Shown here: one piece after another, positions 39,952-48,103 of the stretch
Layout of the letters: the number at the start of each line of letters is the position of its first letter
Numbering within the stretch: position 1 is the stretch's first letter
Source of the DNA: an uncultured virus (IMG/VR IMGVR_UViG_3300025280_000029)
Taxonomy: Duplodnaviria > Heunggongvirae > Uroviricota > Caudoviricetes
IMG/VR virus record: IMGVR_UViG_3300025280_000029
Direction: 5' to 3' (one strand)
DNA: 64,000 bases
Notes under the pieces: model-generated
What the model was told of the DNA's origin: nothing
Seen by the model: the letters and a program-made list of their open reading frames with translations, nothing else
Database searches by the model: none
Made by a program: the position numbers and the translations under genes

Positions 39952-40278
39952 ATGGAAGATGTCAAACTATCCAAATTGAGCTTTTTTGTTGATCCAAAAA
40001 CACATGAGGATTTTCGAATAAGATTACATTACGATGGCTTTGGTAGTCAAAGTTATTTTTTTAAAGCTTGTCTGTTTGGCTACCTGACACAGAATGATAA
40101 GTTTATGGCTTATATCGATTCTTTCAAGGAAGACAATCAAGTTCAAAGTTATATGAAAAGATATAAGTCAACTAAACTAAGAAAGTCCGGCCAAGAGATT
40201 AAACAAAAGCTGGGCTTATCTGAAGAGGACATAGAAAACATATTCGATATACTAGAACAGGAGATGGTAGAATTATGA
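39952..40278 (+). CDS. Hypothetical protein, possible ribbon-helix-helix regulator
   Basis: LSFFV strand followed by two short helices; ATG 1 nt after the guaB stop. Confidence 0.55.
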   Translation: MEDVKLSKLSFFVDPKTHEDFRIRLHYDGFGSQSYFFKACLFGYLTQNDKFMAYIDSFKEDNQVQSYMKRYKSTKLRKSGQEIKQKLGLSEEDIENIFDILEQEMVEL

Positions 40279-40508
40279 AAAAATGCGCACAGAAGTGTTT
40301 AATATCAAGTAAAACGTGTGATCGGGACGATTGCAGGATGTGGATAGACTACGAGGACGATCTTAATTGTACTCTGGTTTGTGCTTACAAGAATGGCCCA
40401 TTGACTCTAAGAGAGGTAGCAAAAAGGGAAAAGCTTAGTTTCGTTAGAGTAAAACAAATTCAAGACGAAGCCATAGAAAAGATATCCAAAGTTGACTCTC
40501 TGGAATGA
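40275..40508 (+). CDS. Cys-rich protein with a sigma70 region-4-like HTH
   Basis: LTLREVAKREKLSFVRVKQIQDEAIEKI matches the sigma region 4.2 pattern. Confidence 0.7.
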   Translation: MKKCAQKCLISSKTCDRDDCRMWIDYEDDLNCTLVCAYKNGPLTLREVAKREKLSFVRVKQIQDEAIEKISKVDSLE

Positions 40509-40539
40509 CGTAAAAAAATAGCTTTTAGCAGAATTAACA

Positions 40540-40549
40540 TCTATTTATA
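40540..40549 (+). promoter_or_regulatory. Putative late promoter box (TCTATTTATA)
   Basis: xCTAnTTA before the acidic head-like protein. Confidence 0.5.
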
Positions 40550-40597
40550 TTGAATAAGGAAACTTTAAAAAGTTCCAACCCAGGAGAATTCTTAAGA

Positions 40598-41185
40598 ATG
40601 TCACAGAAAACTACACTACTTAACGAAGCCCAGATTCGTAAGTTCATGAAATTGGCCGCTATCGGCCCCTTGGTCGAAACATTTATTGCGGAGACCGAAG
40701 AAGAGGAAATCGAAGAATCAGCTTCCACAGAAGAAGATTCTGAATTAACCAGCGAAATGGCAGATGTCTATCGCGAAGAAGACGAAGAGGAAGCCATGCC
40801 GGCCGACCTCGACGCTGACCTAGAGGAACCTGCTCTAGAAGAGCCTGCCCTAGAAGAGCCAGAGCTTGATGCCCCTGCCGCTGACGGCGAAGTAAGCCTG
40901 TCTGACGAAGAGGTACAGAGCCTTGTTGATCTCCTCCGCGCTGCAGAGGGAGTTGTAAGCAAGCTTGAAGCTGCTCTGGCCCCTGCTGAAGAGGAAGCGG
41001 GAATGGAAATGGACCTAGAGGAACCTGCTCTAGAGCCAGAACTTGATGTCCCTGCCGCTGACGGTGAAGAAGACGAACTAGAAGAGCCAATGATGCAGGA
41101 GATCGATGATGATCTCTTGGAAACTGTGCTCAAGAAGGTCGCAAGCCGCTTGGCAACAAAAAACACCACTGAGGCAACAGAGTAA
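40598..41185 (+). CDS. Highly acidic scaffold-like/internal head protein
   Basis: LLNE...IRKFMKLAAI; EEPAL repeats; AGGAG RBS. Confidence 0.65.
   Translation: MSQKTTLLNEAQIRKFMKLAAIGPLVETFIAETEEEEIEESASTEEDSELTSEMADVYREEDEEEAMPADLDADLEEPALEEPALEEPELDAPAADGEVSLSDEEVQSLVDLLRAAEGVVSKLEAALAPAEEEAGMEMDLEEPALEPELDVPAADGEEDELEEPMMQEIDDDLLETVLKKVASRLATKNTTEATE
40817..41068 (+). repeat. Internal direct repeat (DLEEPAL(EEPAL)EPELDxPAADGE, two copies)
   Basis: GACCTAGAGGAACCTGCTCTAGA...CCTGCCGCTGACGG occurs at about 40817 and 41012. Confidence 0.85.
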
Positions 41186-41194
41186 AAAAAAGTA

Positions 41195-41258
41195 TTGACA
41201 TCTTAAGAGAAATTCTCTATAATAACAGCTGTGAGTAAAATCACGGCTGTTTTTTTTT
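41195..41258 (+). promoter_or_regulatory. Consensus sigma70 promoter overlapping a terminator
   Basis: TTGACA-N17-TATAAT, then stem AACAGCTGTGA/TCACGGCTGTT and a T-run; AGAGAA/TTCTCT inverted repeat in the spacer. Confidence 0.8.
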
Positions 41259-41270
41259 GGAGTTATACAT

Positions 41271-41657
41271 ATGGAAGAATTAGCTAATCTGAATTCTGTT
41301 TTATGGTTTTTTATTGGAGTGTTGGCATGCCGATTTGTTTCGCGACTTATCGATATATCTCACGCTGCTATGCTTGTAACAGAGGCCGTTAACGCCACTT
41401 TACTTATGTTAGCGAAGTTGCACGAAGACATGGCCTTCGTCATGGAACTCAAGCGCAAACACATGCATGCTTCCGACATATCTCCAGAGAGAATCAGAGA
41501 TTTTGAAAAAATGGATGAGAGGGCTATCGAAGATTGGAAAAGTATGGTAATATCAAATATGATCTCCCGAGCCCCATCTTCGTTTGGAACGTTTCTTAGG
41601 TTTTCAAACTGGAGAGAGGCCATGGCGCACATTAACGAAATTCAAAAAAGAAAGTAG
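41271..41657 (+). CDS. Hypothetical membrane-anchored protein
   Basis: N-terminal hydrophobic segment; GGAG RBS. Confidence 0.75.
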   Translation: MEELANLNSVLWFFIGVLACRFVSRLIDISHAAMLVTEAVNATLLMLAKLHEDMAFVMELKRKHMHASDISPERIRDFEKMDERAIEDWKSMVISNMISRAPSSFGTFLRFSNWREAMAHINEIQKRK

Positions 41658-41671
41658 AAGAGGACACTATT

Positions 41672-42040
41672 ATGCCACTAAAGAATATAGAAGATAGTTT
41701 AGAATCTATTGCATGGAAGACGAGCGGTACCGACCCTTCCGGTCCAGTGAAGATGAAACTACAAGTAGATAAAATCCCAGGCCTCAGAAACTTTAAACGA
41801 ATAGTCCGAGAAATGGAAAGCGAAGGTTGGTCTGTCGTCGGCGAGGGTCTAAACGCTAAGAATCAAAACTTTATGATTTTATGTGCGAGAAGTTTCCCTT
41901 CATATTCTGGCTGGGTGTCCTGGGCAAAGGGATATCCATACAGGCTGCAGGAGATCAGCCCCACTACAGATCGCCCAAAGAGGATTAAATTAGGAAAGGG
42001 ATCACAACTGCGCCCCGGCCGACCCCGAAAGGAAAAGTAG
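41672..42040 (+). CDS. Hypothetical basic protein
   Basis: 122-aa ORF ending with an AT-hook-like RPGRPRK. Confidence 0.7.
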   Translation: MPLKNIEDSLESIAWKTSGTDPSGPVKMKLQVDKIPGLRNFKRIVREMESEGWSVVGEGLNAKNQNFMILCARSFPSYSGWVSWAKGYPYRLQEISPTTDRPKRIKLGKGSQLRPGRPRKEK

Positions 42041-42042
42041 AA

Positions 42043-42621
42043 ATGCCCGAAGAAGCAGGCCCCCGAATTATTGGATTGTATGGGGATATTGACGACGAAC
42101 GCGCCGCAGATACATTGAATGGGCTGATTGCACTTCATCACGACAGATTTCGGTTCGAACCAGTGGACCCCGACGACCCGGACTGCGAAGAGTTTCGGGA
42201 GATCGTACTTCCTATAGAATTGTTAATCTCCACCGGCGGTGGAACACTGGGTGACATGTTCGCAATCTATGACACACTTCGTGTATTTAGGGAAGAATGT
42301 GAAATCCGGACTCACGGATTGGGTAGAGTGATGTCCGCGGGCGTCCTCCTCCTTGCTGCCGGAGAAAAGGGAAAAAGAAAAATTAGCAAAAACACCAGAT
42401 TGATGATTCACAGTGTTTTGGGGGGAGACTATATGCCATATCCCTCTCTTAAGGTTGCGATAGAAGAAGCTAAAACACTTCAGGACATGATGTTCGATGC
42501 GCTCGCAGAAGAAACAAACTTGACAGTAGAGCAGCTTAACAATATGGCCAACAACAATATTGACAAGTTTTTTTCAGCAGAAGATGCCGTAGAGATGGGA
42601 ATTGCTGACATTATTGTATGA
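42043..42621 (+). CDS. clpP: Second ClpP-like protease
   Basis: IGLYGDID, ISTGGG, VMSAG, MIHSV and FSAEDAVEMGIAD. Confidence 0.85.
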   Translation: MPEEAGPRIIGLYGDIDDERAADTLNGLIALHHDRFRFEPVDPDDPDCEEFREIVLPIELLISTGGGTLGDMFAIYDTLRVFREECEIRTHGLGRVMSAGVLLLAAGEKGKRKISKNTRLMIHSVLGGDYMPYPSLKVAIEEAKTLQDMMFDALAEETNLTVEQLNNMANNNIDKFFSAEDAVEMGIADIIV

Positions 42622-42626
42622 TAATA

Positions 42627-42636
42627 ACTACTTAGT
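42627..42636 (+). promoter_or_regulatory. Putative late promoter box (ACTACTTAGT)
   Basis: ACTAnTTA 18 nt before ATG 42655. Confidence 0.6.
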
Positions 42637-42654
42637 ATTAAGGGAACAAAATGT

Positions 42655-44274
42655 ATGTCAAACTTAGATAATTTAATAAAAGAACATTATTCCGAAACCC
42701 CAGCCTTCGGACTAGAGCAGATGGTGGGCCTCATTGAAGAGGTCATGGACGAGAATAAGGAGCTTCTTGAGTCATTGTCGGCTGACGACGCCGCGAAAAT
42801 CATGCCCATCGATGAAGCCGCCGATGGCCGCTTCAGTTTTGACATTCCCATTCCAAGCACGGTACCGACCGAGGCATGGGGGGACCCTAGCAGCCAGTCA
42901 CGAAAAGATATTGCTAGGATCTTTGATTCTATCACCAGAGAGCCCAGCATAAGAGCTAGAATTACGCACGTTAACTCTTTTCTCGATCCAGCGCAGGCGG
43001 CGAGGAAAGCCCCGGGCGGCAAAGTTAACACCGTCTTGAATATGATGCAAGTCATTGAGTCCCTACAGGCCTGCCTTAACGACTATAATGAGTCCTCTGC
43101 CGGCTTCGTGTTTGAGGGTTTTATGGCCGCTCTTACAGGCGGCAAGCAGATCGCCGGCCGAGTAGGCGGTACACTGCCAATTGAAGACTTTGTTGCATTC
43201 TCGGAAACGGGAGACAAAGAAGTCCCCACCAGCCTAAAGTTGCTCAGTCCCAATACCACGATCCACGGAAGTTTCACAAACTTAGTGGATTATCTCTTTA
43301 TCAGAGGAGGCGCAGGCCTGCCGGAGATTAAATATCTGATTGCCCTCAAAGACGTTGAGGGCGAGACCGTAACAAAGTTGGCCCTATTTGATTTTATTAT
43401 CGGTAGAGAAAACTTTGTGGATGTAATGTTACAATCAAACAACGGTGCTCTCATTGGCGAAAACGCCGCAGCCATGGCGGAACACATTAAAAACTGGCAG
43501 AATTCTCCAGAGTGGAGAGTTAAAATGGCAAAAATTCTAGAAACGTCGCCGGGCTATACTAAGGGTAGGGGCATGTTCTATGCCAATCTGAGCCCCACCG
43601 GCGAGTTTGACGACACGGCCGGCCCAGCCGCAGATCCTGAGAAGAAACGTCACCAGTATGGGCTAGCCACCGCACAGGGAGAGATGACGGCCCTTTTGAA
43701 CGCCACAAAGAGAGCCGGCTCCGAATCTGCCCACGGCACCGGACCGACTTTTGAAGATTGGGTCAAGAACCTAGATTTGGACATGTCAGGTTATAGTGAC
43801 AATAAAGTAAAGAAAATCCTTGATCAGATTCGTACTGCATGGGATAACGGCGCCAAATCTGTTGACTCGTCTACCGATCTCGCCGAATCCTTTTACGGTT
43901 TTGGCTCGTTTCATGAAAGAGAGAAGCTTCTAATGAAAGAGGAACTACTGTCGGAGGCCAGCAAAGATGCCGGCAGTCAGTGGGGTCTTAGTCGCGGAAA
44001 CATGAACAACTTAAGGACTCTGCTGAGAACTGAATACTATGGAGAGCTTAATTTATCACAAGCCAATATCTCTCAACTCTCAAAAATCTACGCAGAGAAG
44101 CTTGGAGAGGATCTAATGTTGTTGCTGCAAACAACAAAGACTTTCACTGAGAATATCGGTAAATACTTCAGTGTTGAAGATCGTTCAGAGGCCGCCAAGG
44201 CTAACAAAGATGCTATTTCTCAAGGTGGTCAAATTATTACCAGCCTTGCGCAAGACCCGGCCGATAAAAAATAA
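42655..44274 (+). CDS. Late protein with a possible PD-(D/E)xK-like nuclease domain
   Basis: AGFVFEGFMAAL...IEDF...SLK spacing; LxE sites flank the core. Confidence 0.5.
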   Translation: MSNLDNLIKEHYSETPAFGLEQMVGLIEEVMDENKELLESLSADDAAKIMPIDEAADGRFSFDIPIPSTVPTEAWGDPSSQSRKDIARIFDSITREPSIRARITHVNSFLDPAQAARKAPGGKVNTVLNMMQVIESLQACLNDYNESSAGFVFEGFMAALTGGKQIAGRVGGTLPIEDFVAFSETGDKEVPTSLKLLSPNTTIHGSFTNLVDYLFIRGGAGLPEIKYLIALKDVEGETVTKLALFDFIIGRENFVDVMLQSNNGALIGENAAAMAEHIKNWQNSPEWRVKMAKILETSPGYTKGRGMFYANLSPTGEFDDTAGPAADPEKKRHQYGLATAQGEMTALLNATKRAGSESAHGTGPTFEDWVKNLDLDMSGYSDNKVKKILDQIRTAWDNGAKSVDSSTDLAESFYGFGSFHEREKLLMKEELLSEASKDAGSQWGLSRGNMNNLRTLLRTEYYGELNLSQANISQLSKIYAEKLGEDLMLLLQTTKTFTENIGKYFSVEDRSEAAKANKDAISQGGQIITSLAQDPADKK

Positions 44275-44283
44275 ACTTATTAA

Positions 44284-44311
44284 TTAACAATTGTGCAAAA
44301 TTGTATAGAAT
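44284..44311 (+). promoter_or_regulatory. sigma70-like promoter for groEL
   Basis: TTAACA-N16-TAGAAT; ACAATT/AATTGT inverted repeat. Confidence 0.45.
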
Positions 44312-44341
44312 AATACAGTATACATACAACATGGAGGATAT

Positions 44342-45913
44342 GTGCCTAATTGCAAATTTAATTCCCGCAGAGATCTAAATGAAAAGGTTCTGAGCGGAGT
44401 AAACACTTTAGCAGACAACGTTGCTGCTACTCTTGGGCCCAAAGGCCGAAACGTAATATTACAAGAAAAGGGCAAGGAACCTTTTATTACAAAAGATGGC
44501 GTCACTGTTGCCACTTTCGTTCATCTAGATGATGAGTTTGAAAACGCAGCTGCGCAAATTATTAAACAAGCATCTTCACAAACAAACACTGCAGCGGGAG
44601 ATGGCACAACTACGGCAACAGTATTGGCCCGGGCCATACTAGTGCAAGCGCAGAAGTTTCTGTCTGCCGGCGCTTCCCCCGTAGAATTGAAGAGGGGCAT
44701 AGACCGAGCAGTCGAAGCGATTGTTGTCAGGTTAGACGAACTCTCAACTCCGATCACGAGCCTAGATGATATTAGGAATATCGCTACAATTTCCGCCAAC
44801 AATGATCCTCAGATTGGAAAGTTGATTGCAACGGCTGTCGACAGCGCTGGTAAGGACGGTGCGATCACTGTCGAAGAGGCTCGTTCGGTGGAAACAACTT
44901 TAGACCTGATCGAAGGTTTTAGGTTCCAATCGGGATACGCAGCATCTGCTTTTGTTACAGATGAAAGAAGAGCTGCCGTCAAGTATGACAGCCCTCTATT
45001 GCTAATCACCGATAACAAGATCGAGGCCGTTGAGCAGATTCTCCCGACTCTGGAGACGATCTCTCGTGACGGCCGGCCCCTGGTTATAGTTGCAGAAGAT
45101 ATCGATGGCCAAGCTCTAGCAGCGCTGATCATGAATTCTATTCGCGGCACGCTGAAGGTTGCAGCTATTAAAGCGCCGCGCTACGGAGAAGAGCGAAGGA
45201 ACATTCTCAGCGATCTGGCCCTCGCTACTGGGGCCACCTTTATAGCCCGAGATTCCGGAATTGATTTAAGAAATGTTAAATTAAACCACCTGGGTCAGTG
45301 CAAGAGTATCGACATAACGAAAACTACAACCACCATTATTGGCGGCAAAGGTGATTATGAAAACATCGACAAGGCTGTTGAGCTTCTGAAGGCAGAAATG
45401 GTGCAAACAGACTCTATGCGTGAGAGCGAGAAGGTTCAAGAAAGAATCACTAGACTCTCTAGTGGCATCGCCGTCGTCCGCGTAGGCGGGGCAACCGAAG
45501 TTGAGATGACAGAGAAGAAGCATAGGATAGAAGACGCTCTAGAGGCCGTAAAGTCGGCCCAGGAGGCCGGAGTCCTCCCCGGCGGCGGCATTGCCCTCAT
45601 TCGCGCCACAGCGGCTCTAGAGGTCGATGTAGAGAATGAAGATCAACAATTGGGTGTGGAGATAGTGAAGAATGCTGTGTTTGAGCCATTGAGGCAGATG
45701 GCAAAGAATTCCGGAGAATCCCCAGATTTGATCGTCGCGGCTATACAAGAAGAGTCGGCCCATCGCGGCTATAATTTTAGAACATGTGAGATTGTTGATA
45801 TGCTTGAATTGGGTATCATAGACCCAACCAAGGTTACACGCTGCGCCCTGCAGAATGCAGCTTCGGCCGCTGGAACTCTAATCACAACTTCACATGCTAT
45901 TGTTGAAGTATAG
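44342..45913 (+). CDS. groEL: Chaperonin GroEL
   Basis: TLGPKGRNV, ITKDGVTVA, AGDGTTTATVLA, VGGATEVE and GIIDPTKVTR; lacks the GGM tail. Confidence 0.97.
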   Translation: MPNCKFNSRRDLNEKVLSGVNTLADNVAATLGPKGRNVILQEKGKEPFITKDGVTVATFVHLDDEFENAAAQIIKQASSQTNTAAGDGTTTATVLARAILVQAQKFLSAGASPVELKRGIDRAVEAIVVRLDELSTPITSLDDIRNIATISANNDPQIGKLIATAVDSAGKDGAITVEEARSVETTLDLIEGFRFQSGYAASAFVTDERRAAVKYDSPLLLITDNKIEAVEQILPTLETISRDGRPLVIVAEDIDGQALAALIMNSIRGTLKVAAIKAPRYGEERRNILSDLALATGATFIARDSGIDLRNVKLNHLGQCKSIDITKTTTTIIGGKGDYENIDKAVELLKAEMVQTDSMRESEKVQERITRLSSGIAVVRVGGATEVEMTEKKHRIEDALEAVKSAQEAGVLPGGGIALIRATAALEVDVENEDQQLGVEIVKNAVFEPLRQMAKNSGESPDLIVAAIQEESAHRGYNFRTCEIVDMLELGIIDPTKVTRCALQNAASAAGTLITTSHAIVEV

Positions 45914-45914
45914 C

Positions 45915-45924
45915 ACTATTTAAG
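45915..45924 (+). promoter_or_regulatory. Putative late promoter box (ACTATTTAAG)
   Basis: ACTAnTTA immediately after the groEL stop. Confidence 0.6.
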
Positions 45925-45953
45925 GTGATACTACACTAGGAGTGCATGTACAC

Positions 45954-46235
45954 ATGTCTATGGACGAAACACAATTAATACAGTCTCTAACTGAGCTATC
46001 GGGCAAGATCGAAATCTTACTTGAGAAACAAGATGAGCTAGCAGAGAATGTTAATAAAATAAAAGAAGCAGTATATAACCCAGATTCGGGATTGTATGCT
46101 AGACTTACTGCCTTAGATGGTAGAATTAAGGCCATTGAGTCATGGCAAGCAACCTCAAACAAAATTACATGGTTGGTTGTTTCAACTGTTTTTGCCCTCA
46201 CAGTTACTACTATCTGGAAAGTAGTTTTTCCTTGA
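45954..46235 (+). CDS. Small coiled-coil protein with a C-terminal TM helix (holin/XhlA-like architecture)
   Basis: Coiled coil followed by ITWLVVSTVFALTVTTIW; late box upstream. Confidence 0.55.
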   Translation: MSMDETQLIQSLTELSGKIEILLEKQDELAENVNKIKEAVYNPDSGLYARLTALDGRIKAIESWQATSNKITWLVVSTVFALTVTTIWKVVFP

Positions 46236-46259
46236 CATATAAATGTCAGGTGATATAAT
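46232..46259 (+). promoter_or_regulatory. sigma70 promoter
   Basis: TTGACA-N16-TATAAT with TGn extension; TGACAT/ATGTCA inverted repeat over the -35. Confidence 0.7.
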
Positions 46260-46281
46260 AAAAATAGAAAAGGAATTACAC

Positions 46282-46608
46282 ATGCGAGTAAAAGTATCAT
46301 ACACCACAGATGTTGAGACAGTGCCAGAGGAGGTCGGAAACATCATTAACACAGTTGCCAACTGTTTATCACGAACTGGATTCGATTTAAACGGGGTAAC
46401 TTCCAACCTTGTGCAAAACCCAGACGAAAGTCTTTTATCTGCTGGTCAGACCCTAGACGTTGTACGCCGTCGCTTGGCAACGTTAGATTTGAAGCTGGCA
46501 GATTGCCAGAACATCTTGACCGCTTTTGTTGAATACAAGAATAACCCGCCAACTGATGAAGGCGAACTTTCTTTGAACGAGGAAACCCCAGTTGTTGAAT
46601 CCGACTAA
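46282..46608 (+). CDS. Hypothetical protein
   Basis: MRVKVSY start behind an AAGGA RBS. Confidence 0.7.
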   Translation: MRVKVSYTTDVETVPEEVGNIINTVANCLSRTGFDLNGVTSNLVQNPDESLLSAGQTLDVVRRRLATLDLKLADCQNILTAFVEYKNNPPTDEGELSLNEETPVVESD

Positions 46609-46804
46609 AGGAGACTTGGTACATGTACCGGCCTCTGTAGTGCTCTGTAAGTTTGTTGAGGCATCTGATGATGTTCGAATGTTTACAGAGACGGAAAAAC
46701 CAATGACGGCAGTTTTTCTAGAAAGACAAGATAACAATCGATGTAAAATATATTACAATGGCGACTATTGGTGTATACCGATAGGCGACTTGTACACACA
46801 GTGA
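46592..46804 (+). CDS. Small SH3-like GDLV-motif protein
   Basis: PTKGDLVHVP followed by a beta-strand pattern. Confidence 0.55.
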   Translation: MLNPTKGDLVHVPASVVLCKFVEASDDVRMFTETEKPMTAVFLERQDNNRCKIYYNGDYWCIPIGDLYTQ

Positions 46805-46812
46805 GGTAATAG

Positions 46813-47130
46813 ATGTTTGTTAAGTTAATTGAAGTTAAGAGAGTTGCCGGGGACAATCACGGTTTCCTGGGAGCGAACGATAAATTCACTCTAGGAGAAA
46901 TATTTCTAAATCCAGAACAGATTTCTCACATGAAAGAAGATTTTCAAATGGAAAGGTGGCTCGCCGAGGGCCTTCTCCCCGAAGGTTTGAATAGCGCCCA
47001 GAAGTTTACAAAGGTTTTCATTAATAGGTCTGGTCGTACAGCCGCAGTAACAGTTATCGGTGAAACTCCGTCCGTTATGGAAAAGATCCAAACTGTTTCT
47101 ATAACACACAAACAACTCTTGAGAGGCTAA
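46813..47130 (+). CDS. Hypothetical protein
   Basis: 105-aa ORF with GAGG RBS. Confidence 0.75.
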   Translation: MFVKLIEVKRVAGDNHGFLGANDKFTLGEIFLNPEQISHMKEDFQMERWLAEGLLPEGLNSAQKFTKVFINRSGRTAAVTVIGETPSVMEKIQTVSITHKQLLRG

Positions 47131-47131
47131 T

Positions 47132-47521
47132 ATGTTGAAGACAGATGAAGATATACAATTTGTAGACAAGCCATGGGGCTATGAGAGGATTTGGGCAGAC
47201 ACAGAACACTATGTCGGCAAGTATCTCTTTATAAAAGCCGGCCATTCTTTGTCTAGGCAATTTCACAAGGTAAAGGACGAGACGGTATATGTGCTAGCTG
47301 GCCCCCTTGTGGTGGAAACTGGCCCAGAGCACCCTGAAGATGAAGTGAGACAAATTGGTGTCATCGAGGGTGAATCGCTTAGGATCCATCCGGGGATGGT
47401 TCACCGCTTCTGTGCCACTGCTGGCGCTGACGTTGAACTGATAGAAGTTAGTACAAACCATTTAGACGATGTTGTGCGCATCGAGGATGACTACGGAAGA
47501 GTTCCTAATTTTTCTGCTTGA
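47132..47521 (+). CDS. Cupin (mannose-6-phosphate isomerase type II C-terminal-like)
   Basis: VDKPWG, LSRQFHKVKDET, IHPGMVHRF, IEVST and DVVRIEDDYGR. Confidence 0.8.
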   Translation: MLKTDEDIQFVDKPWGYERIWADTEHYVGKYLFIKAGHSLSRQFHKVKDETVYVLAGPLVVETGPEHPEDEVRQIGVIEGESLRIHPGMVHRFCATAGADVELIEVSTNHLDDVVRIEDDYGRVPNFSA

Positions 47522-47545
47522 CATACCATTTTCTGTGCTTATATT
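47518..47545 (+). promoter_or_regulatory. sigma70 promoter for hsp20
   Basis: TTGACA-N16-TATATT. Confidence 0.55.
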
Positions 47546-47578
47546 ATATATACGAACTTGAGCACAGGAGGATATAGT

Positions 47579-48010
47579 ATGAGTTTGTTTCCAGTATTAC
47601 GACACGATAATTTTTTTCCAACAAAGAGTCTTTTTGATTCTATTTTAGATGATTGGGCCTTCGCGCCATTGATTACTAAGAGCCAAATTGGAGATCTCAA
47701 TTTAACAACAAAGGTTCAGACCAAAGTTACTGAATTGGAGACAGAGTATCGTATTGATGTTGTTGTTCCCGGTCTAAGTCGCGATGATCTTATCGTTGAT
47801 ATTGATGACAAGAACGTTGTCGTTTCACATGAAGTGGAGCAACAAACAGAGGGTGCCGTCTCTTACGGCTCTTTCAAGAAGCAGTGGAAACTTCCACAAA
47901 ACACAAACATTGAGGAAATAGTAGCAAAGTATAGCCAGGGTATACTTTCTATTTGCGTACCTAAGCACGCTAAAGTCGTCGCTCCGTCAAGGCGCCTTGA
48001 GATTGGTTAG
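47579..48010 (+). CDS. Small heat-shock protein (Hsp20)
   Basis: VVPGLSRDDL, YGSFKKQWKLP and AKYSQGILSICVPK; AGGAGG RBS. Confidence 0.9.
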   Translation: MSLFPVLRHDNFFPTKSLFDSILDDWAFAPLITKSQIGDLNLTTKVQTKVTELETEYRIDVVVPGLSRDDLIVDIDDKNVVVSHEVEQQTEGAVSYGSFKKQWKLPQNTNIEEIVAKYSQGILSICVPKHAKVVAPSRRLEIG

Positions 48011-48035
48011 TTAAAATCCTTTTTTCTCTGAAATG

Positions 48036-48056
48036 GGCAACTTCGGTTGCCTTTTT
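48036..48056 (+). terminator. Rho-independent terminator with UUCG tetraloop
   Basis: GGCAAC-TTCG-GTTGCC-TTTTT. Confidence 0.85.
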
Positions 48057-48068
48057 CATTTAAGAACA

Positions 48069-48078
48069 ACTAATTATA
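48069..48078 (+). promoter_or_regulatory. Putative late promoter box (ACTAATTATA)
   Basis: ACTAnTTA between the terminator and ATG 48104. Confidence 0.65.
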
Positions 48079-48103
48079 ATAACCACTTGTGTGAGTACAA
48101 CTA

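Noticed and set aside
37477..42621. ClpP genes as the prohead protease
   Set aside because: They lie far from the head genes in early-type operons; the LxE pattern points to a gp21-like protease outside the window
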